Part shown: piece after piece, positions 19,066 through 29,444 of the stretch
How positions within the stretch are numbered: position 1 is the first letter of the stretch
Layout of the letters: each line of letters starts with the position of its first letter
NCBI GenBank assembly: GCA_013138975.1
Contig: WTBR01000035.1
Coordinates: 43,733 to 107,732 of the forward strand
DNA from: Bacteroidales bacterium
GTDB lineage: Bacteria; Bacteroidota; Bacteroidia; Bacteroidales; UBA12077
Direction: 5' to 3'
DNA length: 64,000 bases
Position numbers and translations under genes: made by a program
The notes under the pieces: generated by a model
The model's input: only the letters and a program-made list of their open reading frames with translations
What the model was told of the DNA's origin: nothing
The model's database searches: none

Positions 19066-20313
19066 ATGAAAAAAATGAATTTAATTAAGTTAACTGGCAT
19101 GCTTGCAATTGCAATTATGTTTTCGTTATCAAGTTGTAGTGACGATTCTACCGATGACAATGGTAATGACAATGGTACTCCGGATAATACAGTAACAAGT
19201 ACTTCTGAATTATTAGTTGAAAAATTTACTACTGCACCAAATTTAGATGGTGAAATTGACGCTATGTGGGGAGCAGCACAAAAATTAGTTGGAACAACTA
19301 CAGTACCTAGTTTAGGTGCAAGAATGACTTATCTTAATTCTGATGGTGAAGGTACAGAAGAAGATCTTGGTTTATTTGATCCTTATGCAGGAGAAGCTTA
19401 TGATTTTACATTACGTGCAGGATACACAGAAAGTGATATTTATTTCTTAATGGAATGGGCTGATGATAAAGATAGCAAAGACAGACAGTCTTGGTATTTT
19501 GATGCTACAGATAAACTTTGGAAAGGTGAGCACAAATATGCAAATGATTTAAATGATAAATTTTATGAAGATAAATTTGCATTTCTATTCCCAATTGGAG
19601 ATGTAACAGGATTTGATGCCGGATCTTGTTATTCAACTTGCCATGTTGCTACTTCTATTAATAATCCAAAAGATAAGCACACAAGACATTATCTTACTAC
19701 TGAAGGAGAAAAAATTGATATGTGGCACTGGAAACGTGTTAGAGGAACTTACTTAGGTCAAGTGGATGATCAAAAAATGGTTTATGACGATGCTACAGAA
19801 GGATCTTCTGCTAACGGAAGAGCTGGTGATGCAACAGGTAGTGGTGGATATTCAAATAACTCACAAACTCTTGCTATAACAGGAACAACTACAGAAGTTA
19901 GTGTTCCAATGTATATTATTCCTGAAGAAACTGAATATTATTGGATTGATGCTGACCAAATTACTAACGGTACAGCTAAATTAATTACTGCTGTTGATGC
20001 TGAAGGTGTACTTTCTTATGAAGGCGGTGGAACAATTGATCCTGCAGACGGTGGTTTTAACCAAGGAACAGGTACTAAACGTATTCCTAGTGTTACAACA
20101 AAAGCATTTACTGAAGGTAGAGGTGATATTATGATATCAGCTGTTCATAATGGTACTGGTTGGGTTACTGAATTCAGTCGTAAATTAGATACAATGGACG
20201 AAGACGATGTTGTATTTGATGTTACTGCAGAAATTCCATTTGGCTTAGCCATTTTTAACAATGCTGCAATTGCACATGCTATTAAAACAAATCTTGTTTT
20301 AACATTTGAATAA
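19066..20313 (+). CDS. Lipoprotein with EB_dh (ethylbenzene dehydrogenase gamma / DOMON-type heme) domain and CX3CH motif
   Basis: Likely start MKKMNL at 19066; lipobox LSSC then SDD; APNLDG, IYFLMEWAD, YEDKFA, CYSTCH, IDMWHWK, WVTEFSRKL. Confidence 0.85.
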   Translation: MKKMNLIKLTGMLAIAIMFSLSSCSDDSTDDNGNDNGTPDNTVTSTSELLVEKFTTAPNLDGEIDAMWGAAQKLVGTTTVPSLGARMTYLNSDGEGTEEDLGLFDPYAGEAYDFTLRAGYTESDIYFLMEWADDKDSKDRQSWYFDATDKLWKGEHKYANDLNDKFYEDKFAFLFPIGDVTGFDAGSCYSTCHVATSINNPKDKHTRHYLTTEGEKIDMWHWKRVRGTYLGQVDDQKMVYDDATEGSSANGRAGDATGSGGYSNNSQTLAITGTTTEVSVPMYIIPEETEYYWIDADQITNGTAKLITAVDAEGVLSYEGGGTIDPADGGFNQGTGTKRIPSVTTKAFTEGRGDIMISAVHNGTGWVTEFSRKLDTMDEDDVVFDVTAEIPFGLAIFNNAAIAHAIKTNLVLTFE

Positions 20314-20401
20314 TCAATAGAATAAGGATTAAATATCTTATGCACTACATAAATAGTAAATAAAATATAAAATCATAGATAATTAATTAGGTTTTTAATT
20401 T

Positions 20402-20431
20402 AAAGAGGGATGATTTTATCCCTCTTTTTTT
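20402..20431 (+). terminator. Rho-independent terminator
   Basis: aaagagggat-gatttt-atccctcttt followed by T run. Confidence 0.75.
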
Positions 20432-20462
20432 ATATATAAAGTAAAAAAAAACATTCAAAAAG

Positions 20463-21860
20463 ATGATTAGATTATTAAACAAGTTCGTTGAAAAATCATT
20501 CTTCCCTATTGTTTTTAAATATATCACAGGCGCCGTTTTTATTGCCTTACTAATTATTGGTTTTTCTGCAAACTCTTCCGATTCGGCGTTATTAAAATAT
20601 TTACGAAACTTTAATATTGCCAATCTTCTTGTTTGGTCGTATTGGTGGCCTATTATAATTATTAGTGCTGTATTTTTTGGTAGAATTTGGTGCATGGTTT
20701 GTCCTATTGAACTAGTAACATCATTTTTTGCAAAAATTGGATTCAAAAAAGAAAGACCTAAATGGATTAAATCCGGTTGGGCTATTACCATATTTTATAT
20801 CATTATATTATTTATCGGAATAAATGGTTTTGCTATACACCGAAATCCATTTGCAATGTCCATGTATTTGTTATCCATAACAATAGTCGCTGCATTTTCA
20901 GGCCTTATTTTTAAGAAAAATACATTCTGCCGATACATTTGCCCTGTTGGACATTTACTAGGCTTATATTCGCGTTTTTCTTTTCTAGGATGGAGAGTAA
21001 AAGATAAAGAAACATGTAAAACTTGTAAAGACTTATCATGTATTAGCAATGATTATTCATACAATCATAAGGCTAAAAGCTGCGGTGTAGATTTATATCC
21101 TGCCAATATTAAAGACAACTCTAAATGTATTTTATGTGGTGGTTGTAGAAAAACCTGCGGTAAGTATCAAACTGAAGAAAATCCAAATAGACCAAATCCC
21201 GGATTTACAAAAATAAATATTAGCGATAGAGTATTTAATCTTACAAAACTTTCATTGGCTGAATCCTTTTTTGTACTGATTGTTTCTGGTTTTGTGATAT
21301 ATGAGGTCTTTGTAGAATGGAAGATCAGTAAATCATTAATCATGTATCTTCCCAATTTAATTGGACAAGAATTTAATATTAGCAATCCATTTTTATTTGG
21401 TATTCAGAAATGTATTTTACTTTACTTTCTTTTACCTCTTTTAATCTGGTTTATTCCATTTATAGTTAATAAAAGAAAATCAAACTTAGGTTTTAAGGAA
21501 TATATGAAGCATGCTGCTATCATATTTATTCCTATTATGGCTGCGGCACATATAATTAAAGCATTATTAAAAATGACTTCGAGGATTCCATATTTTGAGC
21601 ATACATTCTCCGATGTATCCGGATTACAAAATACTCAACTGTTTTTAAATAATCAAATTGAACTATTAAGTGTACCTTCATTTATTAATAATACTGTTTC
21701 ATTAATAAACTTTGTTGTTATAGTAGCAGGTATCCTTCTTAGCTTTTTAGTTACCAAAAAATCTATTAAAGCTAATAATTTAAATAAAAATCTATACTTG
21801 ATTCCGATTATTTATGGTTCCACATTCTTAATAATGCTTGTTCTGTGGCAACTTTCCTAA
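20463..21860 (+). CDS. Polytopic membrane 4Fe-4S protein (NapH/MauN/CcoG-like)
   Basis: GRIWCMVCP and FCRYICPVG motifs, CKTCKDLSC, CILCGGCRKTC, many TM segments. Confidence 0.88.
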   Translation: MIRLLNKFVEKSFFPIVFKYITGAVFIALLIIGFSANSSDSALLKYLRNFNIANLLVWSYWWPIIIISAVFFGRIWCMVCPIELVTSFFAKIGFKKERPKWIKSGWAITIFYIIILFIGINGFAIHRNPFAMSMYLLSITIVAAFSGLIFKKNTFCRYICPVGHLLGLYSRFSFLGWRVKDKETCKTCKDLSCISNDYSYNHKAKSCGVDLYPANIKDNSKCILCGGCRKTCGKYQTEENPNRPNPGFTKINISDRVFNLTKLSLAESFFVLIVSGFVIYEVFVEWKISKSLIMYLPNLIGQEFNISNPFLFGIQKCILLYFLLPLLIWFIPFIVNKRKSNLGFKEYMKHAAIIFIPIMAAAHIIKALLKMTSRIPYFEHTFSDVSGLQNTQLFLNNQIELLSVPSFINNTVSLINFVVIVAGILLSFLVTKKSIKANNLNKNLYLIPIIYGSTFLIMLVLWQLS

Positions 21861-21944
21861 AAAATTAAATATAAAAAAATACAGATAATTTAGGAATACG
21901 TTTGTAGAATGTATTTATAACTCTTTTTTCTGCATACTAATAAT

Positions 21945-21986
21945 AAAAAAGCTCCAAACACTTTAAATAAAGTATTTGGAGCTTTT
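21945..21986. terminator. Bidirectional terminator between convergent genes
   Basis: aaaaaagctccaaa...tttggagctttt. Confidence 0.8.
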
Positions 21987-22012
21987 GGCTTGTAAATCTT
22001 TTACTAAGTATT

Positions 22013-25000
22013 TTAAAATTTGCTCTTCTTATATTTCCAATATGCAAAAACAGATAAAGACACTATTAAGAAAATACTAACATAAACAAAATTAGGTACA
22101 GGAACAGGATCACCACCTGCATATGAATGTAATCCTGATAGGTAATAATTCACACCAAAATACGTCATTAAAACAGATGCAAATCCGAATAATGCCAATG
22201 CATTAAATGCAAAAAATCCTCTTAGTTCTTTAATCATTCCTGAGTGTGTTACAAATGCATACACAATTATAGTTATTAAAGACCAAGTTTCTTTTGGATC
22301 CCAGCCCCAATATCTTCCCCATGATTCATTAGCCCATATTGCACCTAAAAATGTACCTATGGTTAACAAATACAATCCAACGGTTAATGCTTTATAGTTT
22401 ATAACTGTAAGCTCTTCAATTGTGGATTGAATATTTGATTTATTTCTCTCATTAGACAATGAATAGAGAATTAATACAATCACTGCAATAATTGCGCCTA
22501 TTCCTAAAAAACCATAACTACTAATAATTACAGAAACATGCAGGGTTAACCAGTATGATTGCAGCACAGGAACCAAATTAGTAATTTGTGGATCCATAAA
22601 GCTAAAATGCGCAACCATTAAAGTAAATCCTCCTAAAACTGCTGCTGCTGCTAATACAAATGACGAACGCTTAGCAAAAATAAATCCGGCTAAAATTGTA
22701 ATCCATGAAATAAAAATCATTGATTCGTAGCCATTACTCATAGGTGCGTGCCCTGAAACATACCAACGAATTCCAAGACCTAAAGCATGGAATAAAAATC
22801 CTCCTACCAGAAGTCCTGTAAAGATTTTAATTGTAAGTTTCGATTTTTTATTTTGTGCTATTATATTATAAATCAAAATAAATAAAAGCAGTAAACCTAA
22901 AGTAGCATAAAACGGAAACAGCTTTTCGTAAATCGCTGATTTATAATAAAATACCTCTGCCTTAACTTTTTTCTTACTTGGTAGTTCATATTGGGCAAAA
23001 TTTCTTTGATAGTCATGAATTGACTTTATTACTTCATTGGCCTGTCCGTAGTTGCCTGAACTCGCTCCTACTTGTATTCCTTCGACAAACGAACTAATAA
23101 CATTCTTTAAGTATAATGAGTTTTCACTGTTTGAAACAAGATTATATGCTTCTTTAGGTGCATGCCACTTTAAAGACTGATCGCCAACAGGGAAAATCTT
23201 CATAAATTCACCCAAATAAATCATATAGCAAATATTTAATCTTTCATCGACCTTTATTATTTCTTTATCAAATTTATTTCTTGCACTGGCAGGTTTCGCA
23301 TATGCAGCATCAACAAATTGTTTTATTTTATATGCATTCGTTTGCATGTCAACAATATCGGTAAACGCAGCATAATTGCCACTAATTCCAACTATTTTTT
23401 TCACTTCATCATTAGATACTTTAATAACTGGTACTTGTTGCCAGTTTCCAAAATCCAAATACAAACCTAAAAATACTTGCATAGGTGAATACCCATCGTG
23501 TACAGTTTCTTTCGAAACTTTTCGCAGTATATCATTACTCAAAGTATAAAGCGGCTCTGTTCTTCCACTTTGATTCTGAACTAAAATCTTTCCGAATTCG
23601 TTTGCTAAAGATTTTTCAACTACCAGTTTTTGATTTTGAGAATTAGCAAAAAATGAAAAAGATAAAAACAAAATCAAGAAACTTGCTACTTTAACCGGCT
23701 TCGACTTAAAATAACTCTTTGTTACTTTTCTGAAAAGAGAATTTTTATTCATCATTGATAATATTATAAAGAAGAAAAGTAAAAAATATCCGATGTAGGT
23801 TACAATCATTCCTGCAAAATCTCTACTTACTGTTAATATTGTTCCAAGTTCATCCTTATGATATGATGATTGATAGAATCGCCATCCTTTATATTTTAAT
23901 ATATGATTCATATAAATAGAATAAGGCATATTTATACCCTCGCTTTCATCTATTAAAATTACATCACTTTTATAAGATGATGGACTACTTGAACCTGGAT
24001 ATCGGTCTAAAATAAAATCTTCAAGTTTCAAACTAAATGGCAATTCCATTTCTAAAGGATTATAACTTATTTCAACTAAGTGCTCTCCGTTGTCAAATAT
24101 TGCTTTGTTGTTATTTACTTGTCCACTCCATAAATATAACTCTGTAAATTTATTTCCATAGTTTAATTCAAAGACTAAAGCATTTTTATTTGTTTGTTTT
24201 GTGTTTTTATCTACACTCACTGCTTTTACAGTTCCTTTTGCAGTAATCACATCAGGAATTATTGAAATATCTTTTACTTTATATATTTTCATTCTTTCAA
24301 AAGATACTACCTCTCCTACTTCATGCTCGGTTTCTGTTTCCGACATCATACTTCTTTCGCTTATGGTATATCCTGATTGTATTTTATAAGCATCTCCTTC
24401 TAGAGTAATTCTAATATCAACAGAGTCTTTTTCAACAAAACCAATTAATACACCTCCAAATTTTTTGATTTCTCCTTCTGATAATATTATAGTATAACGC
24501 GTCAAACTGCCTTTAGAAACTAATAATGAAACTATGGGTTTTCCATTTTCAGAATCAACAACTACTTCATCAGCATTTGATAAATTTGTTTTATATTTTA
24601 ACTTGTAAACAACATTATCAATTTTAACTTTCTTGCTATATCTTTCTTTTTTAGTTGACGTGAAGGTCATCTTTTTTGCATTGGAAAAAAGTATTGATCC
24701 ATCTGTATTCTTTATGTCAAATTTCAAATAATTATCACGTGAAGCATATTCATTTTGAGTTGCACCTTCACGAATCTGAATTACACCTTCGAATCCAAAA
24801 TAACGTGTAATTCCAGCTCCTATTATCATTAATACAAAAGCTGAATGAAAGAGCAAAATAGTTAATTTCTTCCTTTTATATAATTTAAATTGAACTATTT
24901 GTCCTATTAAATTAACAATCATCAAAAGCATTAATAATTCAAACCATTTGGTATTGTATACCATTATCTTAGCAGCTATAGCTCCAAAATCATTTTCATA

Positions 25001-25096
25001 AAATGTTGCAAAAGCCATTGACATTGCGAATACAAAAAATAAAACTCCCATAAACCAGGGAGTAAATAGAAAAATACCGTTCTTCTTTTTCATCAT
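22013..25096 (-). CDS. ccsBA: System II cytochrome c synthase, CcsB-CcsA fusion
   Basis: WWD motif WANESWGRYWGWDPKETW, LQSYWLTLH, GLHSYA, ResB-like FYQSSY. Confidence 0.95.
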   Translation of the reverse strand: MMKKKNGIFLFTPWFMGVLFFVFAMSMAFATFYENDFGAIAAKIMVYNTKWFELLMLLMIVNLIGQIVQFKLYKRKKLTILLFHSAFVLMIIGAGITRYFGFEGVIQIREGATQNEYASRDNYLKFDIKNTDGSILFSNAKKMTFTSTKKERYSKKVKIDNVVYKLKYKTNLSNADEVVVDSENGKPIVSLLVSKGSLTRYTIILSEGEIKKFGGVLIGFVEKDSVDIRITLEGDAYKIQSGYTISERSMMSETETEHEVGEVVSFERMKIYKVKDISIIPDVITAKGTVKAVSVDKNTKQTNKNALVFELNYGNKFTELYLWSGQVNNNKAIFDNGEHLVEISYNPLEMELPFSLKLEDFILDRYPGSSSPSSYKSDVILIDESEGINMPYSIYMNHILKYKGWRFYQSSYHKDELGTILTVSRDFAGMIVTYIGYFLLFFFIILSMMNKNSLFRKVTKSYFKSKPVKVASFLILFLSFSFFANSQNQKLVVEKSLANEFGKILVQNQSGRTEPLYTLSNDILRKVSKETVHDGYSPMQVFLGLYLDFGNWQQVPVIKVSNDEVKKIVGISGNYAAFTDIVDMQTNAYKIKQFVDAAYAKPASARNKFDKEIIKVDERLNICYMIYLGEFMKIFPVGDQSLKWHAPKEAYNLVSNSENSLYLKNVISSFVEGIQVGASSGNYGQANEVIKSIHDYQRNFAQYELPSKKKVKAEVFYYKSAIYEKLFPFYATLGLLLLFILIYNIIAQNKKSKLTIKIFTGLLVGGFLFHALGLGIRWYVSGHAPMSNGYESMIFISWITILAGFIFAKRSSFVLAAAAVLGGFTLMVAHFSFMDPQITNLVPVLQSYWLTLHVSVIISSYGFLGIGAIIAVIVLILYSLSNERNKSNIQSTIEELTVINYKALTVGLYLLTIGTFLGAIWANESWGRYWGWDPKETWSLITIIVYAFVTHSGMIKELRGFFAFNALALFGFASVLMTYFGVNYYLSGLHSYAGGDPVPVPNFVYVSIFLIVSLSVFAYWKYKKSKF

Positions 25097-25115
25097 ACTT
25101 TTTTCGTTTAATTAA

Positions 25116-25808
25116 TTATCCCATTTTAGAAACCATAATAAGTTTCTCCTTATTAATAATTTTAATATTAGGGCATTTATCATCTATAATACTATCTTCA
25201 GAAAATTCTTTTAATATTCTAACAACACTTTCTTTTGCCATACCTGATAATTCACCTAATTCCTGTCTTGATAAAATCATCGTGAAATTATCTGAACCAT
25301 GAACTTCATCTGCTAAATATATTAATGTTTCAGCCAATCGACCATGCATTTTTTTCTGTGTATGACTTAAAAATTTATAAAATGTACCAAGAGCCTTTCT
25401 ACTTATATCCTGCAACCAACCTTCTGCAAATTTACTATTTTGACGCATAAGTTCTTTAAGTACATCCATTTTAACAAAACATGCAGACACATCGGTTAAG
25501 GCAGCAACTGAATAATGATGTCTTTCATCAACAAAAGTTCCCGGTCCAGCAATTAATTGCTTCGGTTTAGCTATCCCCACCATCATTCTTTTATTATCGA
25601 AGCCCTCAATATAAATTTTTGCCATTCCATTACTTAAAAATACAGCATTTGAAGTTGGTGATCCTTGCTTAAAAATTATCTCACCGGGCTTGAAATCGGT
25701 CTTAAATTTATTCAAATTTACAATTTCAAGTTCCTTTTCCGTTAAATTTTTAAGGTTCTCCCACTCCAAATCACACTCTTCACATAATTCTTTTTTGGTT
25801 CTATCCAT
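25116..25808 (-). CDS. Crp/Fnr-family transcriptional regulator
   Basis: cNMP-domain motif IIFKQG; HTH SRQELGELSGMAKESVVRIL; N-terminal CEEC. Confidence 0.93.
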   Translation of the reverse strand: MDRTKKELCEECDLEWENLKNLTEKELEIVNLNKFKTDFKPGEIIFKQGSPTSNAVFLSNGMAKIYIEGFDNKRMMVGIAKPKQLIAGPGTFVDERHHYSVAALTDVSACFVKMDVLKELMRQNSKFAEGWLQDISRKALGTFYKFLSHTQKKMHGRLAETLIYLADEVHGSDNFTMILSRQELGELSGMAKESVVRILKEFSEDSIIDDKCPNIKIINKEKLIMVSKMG

Positions 25809-25862
25809 TATATTTTTTTTAGGCGTGCAAAATACATAATAAGATATTCAAATCTTTTATTC

Positions 25863-25884
25863 CGTATTGATATATATCAATACG
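25863..25884. promoter_or_regulatory. Perfect 22-bp palindrome containing a consensus FNR box
   Basis: cgta-TTGAT-atat-ATCAA-tacg between the divergent regulator and hexaheme genes. Confidence 0.8.
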
Positions 25885-26027
25885 AAAATTGATGTTAAAT
25901 GTTCAACCCAATGATTATAATCAGTTGTTATTTGTGTAACAATCAATTGCCAAAAATAGCAAATAAAGACCTTTTATTCTTATTTTGTCTTTATAAATCA
26001 TAATTCACTTAAATTTAAAAAATAGCT

Positions 26028-27134
26028 ATGAAAAAAACAATTAAATTATTAAGTATTCTGTTCCTTTTTGGTGCAATATTTATGTCTTGCGAAGGACCAG
26101 CAGGAATTGACGGTGTTGATGGTGTTGATGGTATTATCGGTGAAGCTGGCGGTGATGGAACCGCTATTTGTATGACTTGCCATAATGCAGGAACTGTTTA
26201 TGCTGCAAAAGTAGATCAATTCAATGAAGGTGCTCACGCACTTGGAACATATTATTCTCGTGGTGAAGATTGTTCAGGATGTCACAGTACTGACGGATTT
26301 TTAGCACGTATGGATTTTACTTCTGCTGACGAAATCTTTGACTTAGACTTAACTGATCAATCAGCAATTAGCTGTAGAGCTTGCCACATTGTTCACACTA
26401 CTTATGATGAAACTGATTGGAATTTAACTTTTGCAGATCAAGTAACAGAAACAATTTTAGGTATTGATAATGCAGATGTTGCTTCGGGTGAATTTGAAGA
26501 TATGGGTGATGTAAATATGTGTGTACAGTGTCACCAATCACGTAATCCTATAGAAGTACCTAGTGCTACTTCTACAACTGATGTAAATATATCTCATTAT
26601 TGGGGACCTCATCACGGACCTCAGGGAAGTATATTAAATTCTCAAGGTGGAGTTGAAGTAGGTACCGGATACCCAACAACAGCATTCAATCCAACAACTT
26701 CATTCGCTCATGATTGTATTAATTGCCATATGCCGAATGGTAATCACAATTTAGCTTTAGATGAATCAACTTGTACTTCTTGCCATAGTGACATTACAGA
26801 TAAACTTGCTGCAATTCAAGATGAGGTTGAAGGTAAATTAACCGACTTAGGAAGAACATTAGCTGGATTAGGAGGTTTAGATCCTGATACTGAAACTGAA
26901 ACTGTATGGAACGAAACTTTAGGAGAACATGTAGAAACTACTGACACTGTAGGATACCATGCAATGGGCTCAGGTTATGGTGGATATGGAGACAATCCTG
27001 TTGCTGCAGACTTAGGAAGATGTGTATTTAATTATTTAATTATTGCTGAAGATCAGAGTATGGGAATTCATAACCCTGATTATATTATTACATTATTAGA
27101 TAACACAATTACATTAGCTGAAACATTAAAATAA
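26028..27134 (+). CDS. Hexaheme c-type cytochrome lipoprotein with collagen-like linker
   Basis: Lipobox FMSC; GXX repeats; CMTCH, CSGCH, CRACH, CVQCH, CINCH, CTSCH; GPHHGPQ and SMGIHNPDY. Confidence 0.9.
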   Translation: MKKTIKLLSILFLFGAIFMSCEGPAGIDGVDGVDGIIGEAGGDGTAICMTCHNAGTVYAAKVDQFNEGAHALGTYYSRGEDCSGCHSTDGFLARMDFTSADEIFDLDLTDQSAISCRACHIVHTTYDETDWNLTFADQVTETILGIDNADVASGEFEDMGDVNMCVQCHQSRNPIEVPSATSTTDVNISHYWGPHHGPQGSILNSQGGVEVGTGYPTTAFNPTTSFAHDCINCHMPNGNHNLALDESTCTSCHSDITDKLAAIQDEVEGKLTDLGRTLAGLGGLDPDTETETVWNETLGEHVETTDTVGYHAMGSGYGGYGDNPVAADLGRCVFNYLIIAEDQSMGIHNPDYIITLLDNTITLAETLK

Positions 27135-27153
27135 AAACATATTAAATTTTATT

Positions 27154-27192
27154 AAGGAGTTACTTTGTAAAACAAAGTAGCTCCTTTTTTTA
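27154..27192 (+). terminator. Rho-independent terminator
   Basis: aaggagttactttg-taaaa-caaagtagctcctt plus T run. Confidence 0.85.
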
Positions 27193-27253
27193 TAAAAAAT
27201 AAAACGCATTTTTTTTAGAAGAATCGATTTAAAATAGAATACCTACTCTATAA

Positions 27254-27267
27254 TTGATTAAAATCAT
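27254..27267. promoter_or_regulatory. FNR-type box (9/10 match)
   Basis: TTGAT-taaa-ATCAT upstream of the lipoprotein/DUF5777 pair. Confidence 0.55.
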
Positions 27268-27402
27268 AATTAAAACAGTAACACGTCATATAAAAAAGTG
27301 ATATTAAATAACTACATTGTTTTAACATAGAAAAACATTAATATTGTTCAAGATGTCGTTCAAAAAAAAATTAACTTCATAAAAAAATAAAGGATATATA
27401 AG

Positions 27403-27765
27403 ATGAAAAAAAGTTTATTATTTATTTTAGGATTACTTTTATTCATATTTACATCATGTGAATATAAAATTATTGAACCTATAATTGTTGAGTTACCTGA
27501 CGAACCAGTTATTTTCTCTGAGCAAGTAGAACCTTTCCTTTTCGATAAATGTGGTTCATCTTGTCATTCTTCACAAAGTCCTATTTTAACGATAGGTAAT
27601 GCCTATGACAATTTAATTGAAGGCGGTTACATTAATACAGACAATCCTCCAGCAAGTGAAGTATATATTAAAGTTAATTCTGGTCATCATAGCAGCAACC
27701 CATTAAGTCCTGAAGAAATGGCTTATCTTCTTAAATGGATAGAAGAAGGTGCAATTGAAAACTAA
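27403..27765 (+). CDS. Small monoheme cytochrome c lipoprotein (atypical CX3CH)
   Basis: Lipobox FTSC; FSEQVEP..KCGSSCH; C-terminal LLKWIEEGA. Confidence 0.8.
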   Translation: MKKSLLFILGLLLFIFTSCEYKIIEPIIVELPDEPVIFSEQVEPFLFDKCGSSCHSSQSPILTIGNAYDNLIEGGYINTDNPPASEVYIKVNSGHHSSNPLSPEEMAYLLKWIEEGAIEN

Positions 27766-27800
27766 TTAAATAAAGGTATTATAAATAAATATTAAAAATC

Positions 27801-28667
27801 ATGAAGAAATTCGCTTATACAATTATCATCACAATGTTATTTGCTTTAACCAGTAGTTTAACATTTGCACAGGAAGAAACTGTAAAAAAAGTAGAAAAAC
27901 CGGTTTACGAACCTTTTCAAGCATCTACTTTAATTGAAAGTCAAACTGTTATAGGTTCTAACGCAAAACAATTAGAACTAATTATACATCACCGATTTGG
28001 TGGTACGGATAATGGTTTCACCGATTTATTTGGAATTTATGCTGCTTCAAATATTCGAATGGGATTACAGTACGGAATAACCGACAAATTAACAATTGGA
28101 ATTGGAACAGAGAAAGCGAACAAATTCAGTGACTTAAATGCTAAATATGTAATTATACAGCAAACCAGATCGGGAAGCATACCAGTATCAGTATCTGCAC
28201 ATGCTAATATTACACTGGATAGCAGAGAAGAGCAATTTTTTGGTGATAATTATGAGTATGTAGATCGTTTCTCATATTTTGCGCAAGTAATTGCTTCACG
28301 AAAATTTACAGATGCCTTATCAATTCAAATTGCACCGGGTTATGCGCATTTCAACTCTGTTGACAGTGTTTTTCAAAACAATAAAGGAGCAGTAATGATT
28401 GGTGGTAGATATAAATTTACAGAAACTATGTCTGCTATTGCTGAATATCATCTACCTATAAATATCAATCCTGCGCGAGATTATCATAGTGATATTGAAT
28501 CGGGATTAGCTTTTGGATTAGAAATAAGTACACCTACACATGCATTCCAGGTTTTTGCTACAAATTACCAAGGAATTATGGCTCAAAAGAATTATGTTAT
28601 GAATACTAATAAATTTGATAGTGAAGGGATATTAATAGGTTTTAATATTACTGTTAGATTTAATTAA
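27801..28667 (+). CDS. Outer-membrane beta-barrel protein, DUF5777-like
   Basis: Signal peptide TFA|Q; IHHRFG, LFGIY, YGITD, HAFQVFATN, terminal IGFNITVRF strand. Confidence 0.8.
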   Translation: MKKFAYTIIITMLFALTSSLTFAQEETVKKVEKPVYEPFQASTLIESQTVIGSNAKQLELIIHHRFGGTDNGFTDLFGIYAASNIRMGLQYGITDKLTIGIGTEKANKFSDLNAKYVIIQQTRSGSIPVSVSAHANITLDSREEQFFGDNYEYVDRFSYFAQVIASRKFTDALSIQIAPGYAHFNSVDSVFQNNKGAVMIGGRYKFTETMSAIAEYHLPININPARDYHSDIESGLAFGLEISTPTHAFQVFATNYQGIMAQKNYVMNTNKFDSEGILIGFNITVRFN

Positions 28668-28689
28668 AAGCACTCAGATTTAAAAATAT

Positions 28690-28724
28690 AAAAGCATCGG
28701 GATTTATACCTCGATGCTTTTTTT
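28690..28724 (+). terminator. Rho-independent terminator
   Basis: aaaagcatcg-g...c-tcgatgcttttttt. Confidence 0.8.
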
Positions 28725-29052
28725 ATGGTAAATTTTATTGAGTTAACGAACAATTATTTCAATAATATTTTATTAACGTGAATTCGACATAAGAATATGC
28801 TTTAATAATTTCAAAATCAATTCTACCTAAGTTATCTTAGTTCTAATTTACAACATTAATATTTGTTTGATTAACTCTGTCATTCTCGCCTGCCAAAGCC
28901 AAAGCACATTATTACAATCACTAATCGTTATTAGCTAGTATTCATTTCAATTTTCCCTGTTGAATATATTGGACTTTAACAGTACAAAAAGTAATTCTTA
29001 GTAACTACGCAGATATATTATAATATTAATATATAGCTATTTGAAAAATTAA

Positions 29053-29156
29053 TTTCACGCAAAGCACGCTAAGAAAAAAATATGCAAAGACCGCATTTAA
29101 CACAAAATAAGCTTTTTGCGATCTTTGCGAAAAACTTTGCGACTTTTGCGAGAAAT
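29053..29156. repeat. CGCAAAG/CTTTGCG REP-like cluster
   Basis: cgcaaag-like units on the left and four tttgcga units on the right form an imperfect inverted repeat. Confidence 0.65.
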
Positions 29157-29380
29157 ATAAAGTACTAATATTTTATCTGTTAGTTTTAAATAGTGTGCCT
29201 GAATTAGTTACAATTCTTTTCTATTCTCCAAAGTTTTTACTCAACTTCTAACTATATCTTGTTTTGAAATAAACTCTTTCAACAATTTACTTTATGTGAC
29301 TATTGTTAATTAAAGAAAAATCCTTTATAAATTGATGCAATTTAATTTAATAAATTCACATTGATTATTGTATATACTAA

Positions 29381-29418
29381 AAGGACTTACTAAAACAATT
29401 ATGTTTTAATAAGTCCTT
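29381..29418 (-). terminator. Hairpin terminator after the 19-heme gene
   Basis: aaggacttactaaaaca-atta-tgttttaataagtcctt. Confidence 0.75.
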
Positions 29419-29444
29419 CATTCAATATATCAAATTAAAAGATA

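Noticed and set aside
26028-27134. NrfA nitrite reductase or HAO
   Set aside because: No CxxCK site; six hemes and a lipoprotein/collagen-like architecture do not fit
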